Shown here: positions 58,620 to 64,000 of the stretch, in pieces | Layout of the letters: the number at the start of each line of letters is the position of its first letter | Numbering within the stretch: the stretch's first letter is position 1 | NCBI GenBank assembly: GCA_963666985.2 | Contig: CAXXIA010000002.1 | Coordinates: forward strand, 2,784,001 to 2,848,000 | DNA from: Spirochaetia bacterium | Lineage (GTDB): Bacteria > Spirochaetota > Spirochaetia > DSM-2461 | Length of the DNA: 64,000 nucleotides | Reading direction: 5' to 3' | Program-made: the position numbers and the translations under genes | Notes under the pieces: model-generated | Database searches by the model: none | Told to the model about the DNA's origin: nothing | The model's input: the letters and a program-made list of their open reading frames with translations, nothing else

Positions 58620-59795
58620 ATGAAAATTAAGAGTGTTGATATCATTGAGCCCAAGCCCATTGACGGTATGCGTATTGTTGTCTGCAGGATCAATACGGAT
58701 GAGGATTTATCCGGTTCAGGTGAAATAGGTGTCGCTATCGGAGTCGGAGCAACCGCTGCCAGAGAAGTTATTAAAGATATGGCTCCCATGATTATTGGAA
58801 TGAATCCTCTCGATCATGAAGTAATCTGGGAAAAACTGTTCAAGAGGACTTTCTGGGGTATCGGAAACGGGGCGATAATTATGTCGGCCATAAGTGCGAT
58901 TGATACCGCATTATGGGATTTAAAAGGGAAATATTTTAATCTTCCTCTCTATGCTCTGCTTGGTGGGAAACATCATGAGAAATTACGTGCTTATGCGAGT
59001 CAACTTCAGAAGGGTTGGGGAGTTGATAGTTTTACAGAGTTATCGGAACCTGAAGAATTTGTAAAAGTATCAAAACTGGCTAAGGAGCAGGGATATACAG
59101 CAGTTAAGGCCAATGTGTTGGGTACCGATGACAATAAACAATTCCGTCATCCGCGAGAAACCACGTCTTATATAGAAAGAGATGTTATGCATAAAGCGGA
59201 AAGCAGACTCGCGGCCATCCGGGAGACAGTTGGCCCGGAAGTCGATATTATTCTTGAAAATCATGCAATAACAGATGCGAATACAGCAATTCAATTCTCA
59301 AAGATGGCCGAGAAATACGACATTATGTTTTTTGAAGAACCGGCTATTACGCTGAATCCGCAGGTGTTCAAAAAGATTGCCGATAATACCACCATCCCCT
59401 TGGCAACAGGTGAAAGAACCTTTCTTCGATATGGTTTTAGACCTCTGATTTTAGAAGGCGGTGTATCCGTTATCCAGCCTGATATTGGGAATTGCGGAGG
59501 TGTAACGGAGTTTATAAAAATTGCGAATCTTGCTTACATGTATGATGTATCGGTTCAGGCACATGTCTGCTCAGGCCCTTTGAGTGTTGCTGTGGGTCTT
59601 CATTGTGAAGCGGCCATTCCGAATTTTATTATTCACGAACATCATGTTATGAATACGACGAAGCAAAATACAATTCTTGGTAAATATGATTATCAACCCG
59701 TAAATGGCTATCTGAGCATCCCGGAATTACCCGGAATCGGCCAAGAATTATCGGATTACGCACTTGAGACGGCAAATATTACATCTGTAAATTGA
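58620..59795 (+). CDS. Mandelate racemase/muconate lactonizing (enolase superfamily) enzyme
   Basis: SAIDTALWDLKGK, ENH/EEP/GE metal ligands, IQPD, PELPGIG. Confidence 0.93.
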   Translation: MKIKSVDIIEPKPIDGMRIVVCRINTDEDLSGSGEIGVAIGVGATAAREVIKDMAPMIIGMNPLDHEVIWEKLFKRTFWGIGNGAIIMSAISAIDTALWDLKGKYFNLPLYALLGGKHHEKLRAYASQLQKGWGVDSFTELSEPEEFVKVSKLAKEQGYTAVKANVLGTDDNKQFRHPRETTSYIERDVMHKAESRLAAIRETVGPEVDIILENHAITDANTAIQFSKMAEKYDIMFFEEPAITLNPQVFKKIADNTTIPLATGERTFLRYGFRPLILEGGVSVIQPDIGNCGGVTEFIKIANLAYMYDVSVQAHVCSGPLSVAVGLHCEAAIPNFIIHEHHVMNTTKQNTILGKYDYQPVNGYLSIPELPGIGQELSDYALETANITSVN

Positions 59796-59950
59796 GAAAA
59801 GATATCAATATTATCGTAGTAAAACGATGAGAAGTTAATGATGCTTTAATGAGTGATCTTTGACTTTTCATCGCCTTTATTCAACGAACAACCTCAATGA
59901 TAAATAACCGAATTGTTTTTTTGAAAAATTCAAAAGGAGACGCTGACCAG

Positions 59951-61231
59951 ATGAAACGCTACGCCGTCGTGGGCTTCGGCTGCGCGGGCTACCATGCCCT
60001 CTGTGCCATCAGAGAGCATGATACCGAAAGTGAGATCCATATCTTCTCCGATCATAACGACCCGCCCTCCAACCCGATGCTGACAACTTACTTCGTCGCG
60101 AACCGGCTTCCCTACAAGGGGATGTTTCCTTTCGGAACCCTTGAAGAGATTCAAAAACGATTCAACGCCGTCATCCATGTCAACACGCAGGTGACTCATC
60201 TGGATGCCGCCCGAAAGAGTCTGCGCTTTCTTGAAGCGGGCAAGGATGAAGAGCGTTCCTTCGATGCCGTTCTTCTGGCCACCGGGGCCACCCCGATCGT
60301 TCCGCCTTTGGGCGTCGAGGTGGGCAAGCGGGTTCTCTGCATGAGGACCGTTCGGGATGCCGAACTTCTTAAAGAACGTCTTGATGTCGGCGATATCCGC
60401 TCGGCCACCGTTATCGGCGGTTCCATGGTGGGCATCAAAATCATCGAGCTGCTTCAGGAACGAGAAATTGCCTGCACTCTGGCCGATATGGCCGAGCGCA
60501 TCTTCCCCCTCTCGGCCTTTCCCGATGTCTCAGAGGAAATTGAACGCCGACTCTCACTCCAAAAAATCGCATTGCGTTTCGGCAGCGCCGTTACCGGCGC
60601 CAAAGAGGATGAATCATCAGTTACCACCAGCTTTGCCGACGGCACCTCGGTTACCGGCGATCTTCTGGTTCTCTGCATCGGAACCCGGGCCAACATCACT
60701 CTGGCCAAAGACGCCGGGATAGAGACGGGCCGGGGAATTGTCGTGGACGACAGGATGATGAGTTCGGTCGAGGGAATCTATGCCGCGGGCGACTGCTGTG
60801 AAGCGCGCAACCTGATGGACAACTCTCATCAGGTTATCGGCCTTTGGGCGAACGCCGGATATCAGGGAGAAACGGCGGGGGCGTGCATGAGCGGCAAGTG
60901 CGCTCTTTTTTCGGGCAACATCATCCACAACATCACCCACTTCATGGGGATGGACTTCATCAGTCTGGGCAACGTGAACGCGGAAGGCGAGATTCATACC
61001 ATCGGAAAGCCCTCGGATTCCCGCCACATCAAGGCGGTCCGAAAAGACGGACAGCTGCTTTGTCTGAACCTTTTGGAGGGCTACCATATCAGCGGTGTTC
61101 TTAAGAACTACATGATGAATCGCTTCTCGGGGAATAAAACTCCTCTGCCGACGGCCCTGCGTGGGCTGTTGGCCCGTGAGGGATTCACCGACGAATTCCT
61201 GTCGCTTTTCGAAGGAGAAGAACATTCATGA
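59951..61231 (+). CDS. FAD/NAD(P)-dependent oxidoreductase (Pyr_redox_2, NirB-N/rubredoxin reductase-like)
   Basis: VVGFGCAG, LLATGA, VIGGSMVG, IYAAGDC; AAGGAG RBS. Confidence 0.9.
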   Translation: MKRYAVVGFGCAGYHALCAIREHDTESEIHIFSDHNDPPSNPMLTTYFVANRLPYKGMFPFGTLEEIQKRFNAVIHVNTQVTHLDAARKSLRFLEAGKDEERSFDAVLLATGATPIVPPLGVEVGKRVLCMRTVRDAELLKERLDVGDIRSATVIGGSMVGIKIIELLQEREIACTLADMAERIFPLSAFPDVSEEIERRLSLQKIALRFGSAVTGAKEDESSVTTSFADGTSVTGDLLVLCIGTRANITLAKDAGIETGRGIVVDDRMMSSVEGIYAAGDCCEARNLMDNSHQVIGLWANAGYQGETAGACMSGKCALFSGNIIHNITHFMGMDFISLGNVNAEGEIHTIGKPSDSRHIKAVRKDGQLLCLNLLEGYHISGVLKNYMMNRFSGNKTPLPTALRGLLAREGFTDEFLSLFEGEEHS

Positions 61232-63357
61232 GCACTGAAGTCGAAATCAAAATCAAGAAAAAGATCCCCGGAGAGGATACCGGGATTATCACGAAGAACA
61301 GCTTTTGCGATGTCTGCGCCCCGGGACCCCACTGCGGGGTGACCTGTTACGTGAAAGACGGAAAGATCATCAAGGTGGAGGGCACCGACGGACACCCGAC
61401 CAATCACGGTCTTCTCTGTCCCAAGGGGCAATCCAACCGTCAGTACATCTACCGAAAAGACAGGATTCAAACCCCGCTCAAGCGAACCGGCAAGAAGGGA
61501 AGCGGTCAATTTGAACCCATCGGCTGGGATGAGGCTTACGCTGAGATCGCCCGAAACCTCAATAAGGTCAAAGAGAAATACGGGGCCAGTTCGGTCGCCT
61601 TCTTTTCCGGCTACAACAAATGGTACCGCCCCTTTTTGCAACGCTTCTGCTATTCCTTCGGCTCGGTGAACTACGGAACCGAATCCTCCTCCTGTTTTAC
61701 CTCCACCATCATGTCCTGGCGGGCGACGACCGGGGCCGATTTTGTCTCGGCGGATCTCTCCAAAGCGGGACTCTTCTTGGGCTGGTGCTATAACGCCTTC
61801 CACTCCATGCATCTGATGGTCAAAGGCGTCCAGATGGCCAGGGCGCGCGGAATGAAGTCCATCATCGTCGATCCCCGCATCACCCCGGCGGTGCAGCAGC
61901 AGTGTGATCTTCACCTGCGCATCAAGCCGGGAACCGATTGCGCCCTGGCGCTCTCTCTCGGGCGGGAACTGATCGTGAACGACTGGGTGGATCATGAGTA
62001 CATCGAGAAGCATGTCCACGGCTATGAGGAATACAAGAACTACGTTATGGACTTCACGCCTGAGAGGGTGGAGACGATCACCGATGTCCCGGCAAAGGAT
62101 ATCCGGCTTGCCGCCCGGATGATTCACGAGAATATGCCCCTGGCCATCAACCAGAGCGGGGCGGCCCTGGTGCACCATGCCAACGGAATGCAAAGCCACC
62201 GGGCCGTCATGGCCCTCTCGGCCCTGATGGGAACCTACGACCGTCCGGGCGGCATGATTCCTTCTCCTCTCACCTACGCCCATTCCATGGCGGGCTTTTC
62301 CACCCACGATCATGATTTTCCTTTCGAGACGTATCCCAAGGACGCTCCCCGGCCCGTGGGCGGTCCGCGCTTTCCTCTCTGGGAAGAGATTGTCAAAGAG
62401 ATGCAGGCCAACGACTTGGCCCGGCAGATCAACGAAGGAACGCCGTATCCGGTGAAAGCCGTTTGGGCTCACGGGATGAACTACCGGATGTTCAACGGCG
62501 ATTTGGAAATGAAGAAGGCTATTGCGAATCTGGACTTTTTCGTGGATATCGACCTCTTCTTTACCGACACCGCCAAGATGGCCGATATCGTTCTTCCGGC
62601 CTGTTCTTCCTTCGAGCGAAGCGAGTTCAAAGTGTACGGCGGCGGTTATGCCCAGTACACCGAGAAGGTCATTGAGCCCCTGTACGAGTCAAAATCCGAC
62701 ACGGATATTCTGGTGGAGATGGCCAATTATCTTGATCTGGATGATGAGCTTTTAAAAAGCGGCGCGGAAAATTGCGTACGCTACATGGTGCGCGATACTC
62801 CGGTGGATATTGATTTTCTCAAAGCCAACAGTCAGTTCCCCCAGAAGGTGGAGGGCGCAGAGATTATTCCCGTCGGAGAGCACGGATTTGCCACTCCTAC
62901 CGGGAAGTTCGAACTCTACTCCACCATTATTGAGAAGCATCCTGCTCTGGATGCTCTGCCCACCCACAAAGACAGCATCGATGCGGCCGATGAGTCCTTA
63001 TACCCCTTCCGTCTGGTCTCCGGCTCCCGGCTTCCCTATGCCCTCCATTCCAGGCTTCATGATGTTCCCTGGCTTCGCTCACTCGAGCCGGATCCTCTGG
63101 CCTACATCAACAACGAGGATGCCCAAGAGATGGGCATTCTCCGGGGTGATGAGGTTGAGGTTTCCACCGCCCTGGGCTTCATCACACTGAAGGCCAATCC
63201 GAGCCTGCGGATAAAAAAAGGGACGGTGCACATTTACCATGGGTATCGGGAAGCGGACGTCAACGCCATTATCCCGGCCGCCCATACCGACCCCTACTCA
63301 GGGTTCCCCGGGTACAACAGTGTCCGCTGCAGCGTGACGAAGAAGGTGACTTCATGA
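61228..63357 (+). CDS. Molybdopterin (bis-MGD) oxidoreductase catalytic subunit, cytoplasmic
   Basis: CDVC-X5-C...LCPKG Fe-S motif, PGTD, ADIVLP, TPTGKFEL, C-terminal binding domain; no Tat signal. Confidence 0.93.
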   Translation: MSTEVEIKIKKKIPGEDTGIITKNSFCDVCAPGPHCGVTCYVKDGKIIKVEGTDGHPTNHGLLCPKGQSNRQYIYRKDRIQTPLKRTGKKGSGQFEPIGWDEAYAEIARNLNKVKEKYGASSVAFFSGYNKWYRPFLQRFCYSFGSVNYGTESSSCFTSTIMSWRATTGADFVSADLSKAGLFLGWCYNAFHSMHLMVKGVQMARARGMKSIIVDPRITPAVQQQCDLHLRIKPGTDCALALSLGRELIVNDWVDHEYIEKHVHGYEEYKNYVMDFTPERVETITDVPAKDIRLAARMIHENMPLAINQSGAALVHHANGMQSHRAVMALSALMGTYDRPGGMIPSPLTYAHSMAGFSTHDHDFPFETYPKDAPRPVGGPRFPLWEEIVKEMQANDLARQINEGTPYPVKAVWAHGMNYRMFNGDLEMKKAIANLDFFVDIDLFFTDTAKMADIVLPACSSFERSEFKVYGGGYAQYTEKVIEPLYESKSDTDILVEMANYLDLDDELLKSGAENCVRYMVRDTPVDIDFLKANSQFPQKVEGAEIIPVGEHGFATPTGKFELYSTIIEKHPALDALPTHKDSIDAADESLYPFRLVSGSRLPYALHSRLHDVPWLRSLEPDPLAYINNEDAQEMGILRGDEVEVSTALGFITLKANPSLRIKKGTVHIYHGYREADVNAIIPAAHTDPYSGFPGYNSVRCSVTKKVTS

Positions 63358-63875
63358 AAATCATATTCGAGTTCGACAAAGATAAATGCTCTGCCTGCGG
63401 GGCCTGCGCGGTGGCCTGCATGGATCAGAATGATATCGATGTGTCATCAGGCCGGCAGCCGTATCGGAAAACCTATAACTACGAGGGGCAAAACGGAGAA
63501 CTCGTCTCCATGTCCATCTCCTGCATGCACTGCGCCGATGCGCCGTGCATCAACGCCTGTCCGATAAACTGCCTTTATAAAGACAAAGAGAGCGGACTGA
63601 CCCTTTATGACAATGAAAACTGCATCGGCTGCCATTCCTGCGCCATGGCTTGTCCTTACGGGGCTCCGTCCTTCCGGGTTATCGAAGGTCCGCATCATCG
63701 GGAGAAAATGGAGAAGTGCGACAACTGCATTGAGCGCATCCGGATCGGGAAAGATCCGGCCTGCGTGCATTCCTGCCCCACGGGGGCCCTCTCCTGGCGC
63801 TGGGCCGAGGATAACGAGGAGAGCCCTCTGGCTCGGCTCTATAAGAGCTGGAATGCCATGACGACAAAAGAATAA
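63354..63875 (+). CDS. DmsB/NrfC-like 4Fe-4S electron transfer subunit
   Basis: CSACGACAVAC, CMHCADAPCINACP, CIGCHSCAMACPY, KCDNC...PACVHSCP. Confidence 0.93.
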   Translation: MKIIFEFDKDKCSACGACAVACMDQNDIDVSSGRQPYRKTYNYEGQNGELVSMSISCMHCADAPCINACPINCLYKDKESGLTLYDNENCIGCHSCAMACPYGAPSFRVIEGPHHREKMEKCDNCIERIRIGKDPACVHSCPTGALSWRWAEDNEESPLARLYKSWNAMTTKE

Positions 63876-64000
63876 GGGAAAAGCATTATGCTTGCATGGG
63901 ATTATCTACTCCGCAAGCGGACGCGAATTCGTCAAGCAAGGGCTTATGGAATGGTCAGCCGTCGTTTCTGACCAGTTCGGGGGTATGGACCAAACTGATG

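Noticed and set aside
61108..62472. 454-aa antisense ORF
   Set aside because: Shadow of the high-GC3 molybdoenzyme gene; the same applies to 26324-27073, 30075-30794, 49612-50220 and 37908-38525
63888..63971. Short ORF at the window end
   Set aside because: 27 codons, no recognisable features

Overview
Bacterial chromosomal window, probably from a Spirochaetaceae-like anaerobe. This is inferred from the 'FAGGQKD'-type binding-protein N-terminus, the divergent spirochaete-type YmdB and a cheR-cheB pair. Left part (1-35 kb): sugar ABC genes, an intact IS3-family (IS51/IS6110-like) element, an hcp/HcpR nitrosative-stress module, an ArsR-thioredoxin-permease operon, a TetR/amidohydrolase pair, and a mosaic of unrelated accessory genes ending at tRNA-Leu(CAG). 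The tRNA is trailed by three ~200-bp units that each rebuild the tRNA 3' end. Middle: ExeM/NucH-like nuclease lipoprotein, ymdB-like, rseC-like, cheB/cheR. The best candidate novel system is at 44.1-50.5 kb: SDR, cysD, cysN (fused to a degenerate APS-kinase domain), cysteate synthase and a CapB/SulA-like cysteate acyltransferase. This looks like a sulfonolipid (capnine) pathway, which is otherwise known mainly from Bacteroidota. Right part (51-64 kb): a compositionally mosaic catabolic island with a peptide-type ABC transporter, LysR, an enolase-superfamily enzyme and a cytoplasmic flavoprotein/molybdoenzyme/ferredoxin trio. All family calls rest on motif recognition by eye; no database searches were run.
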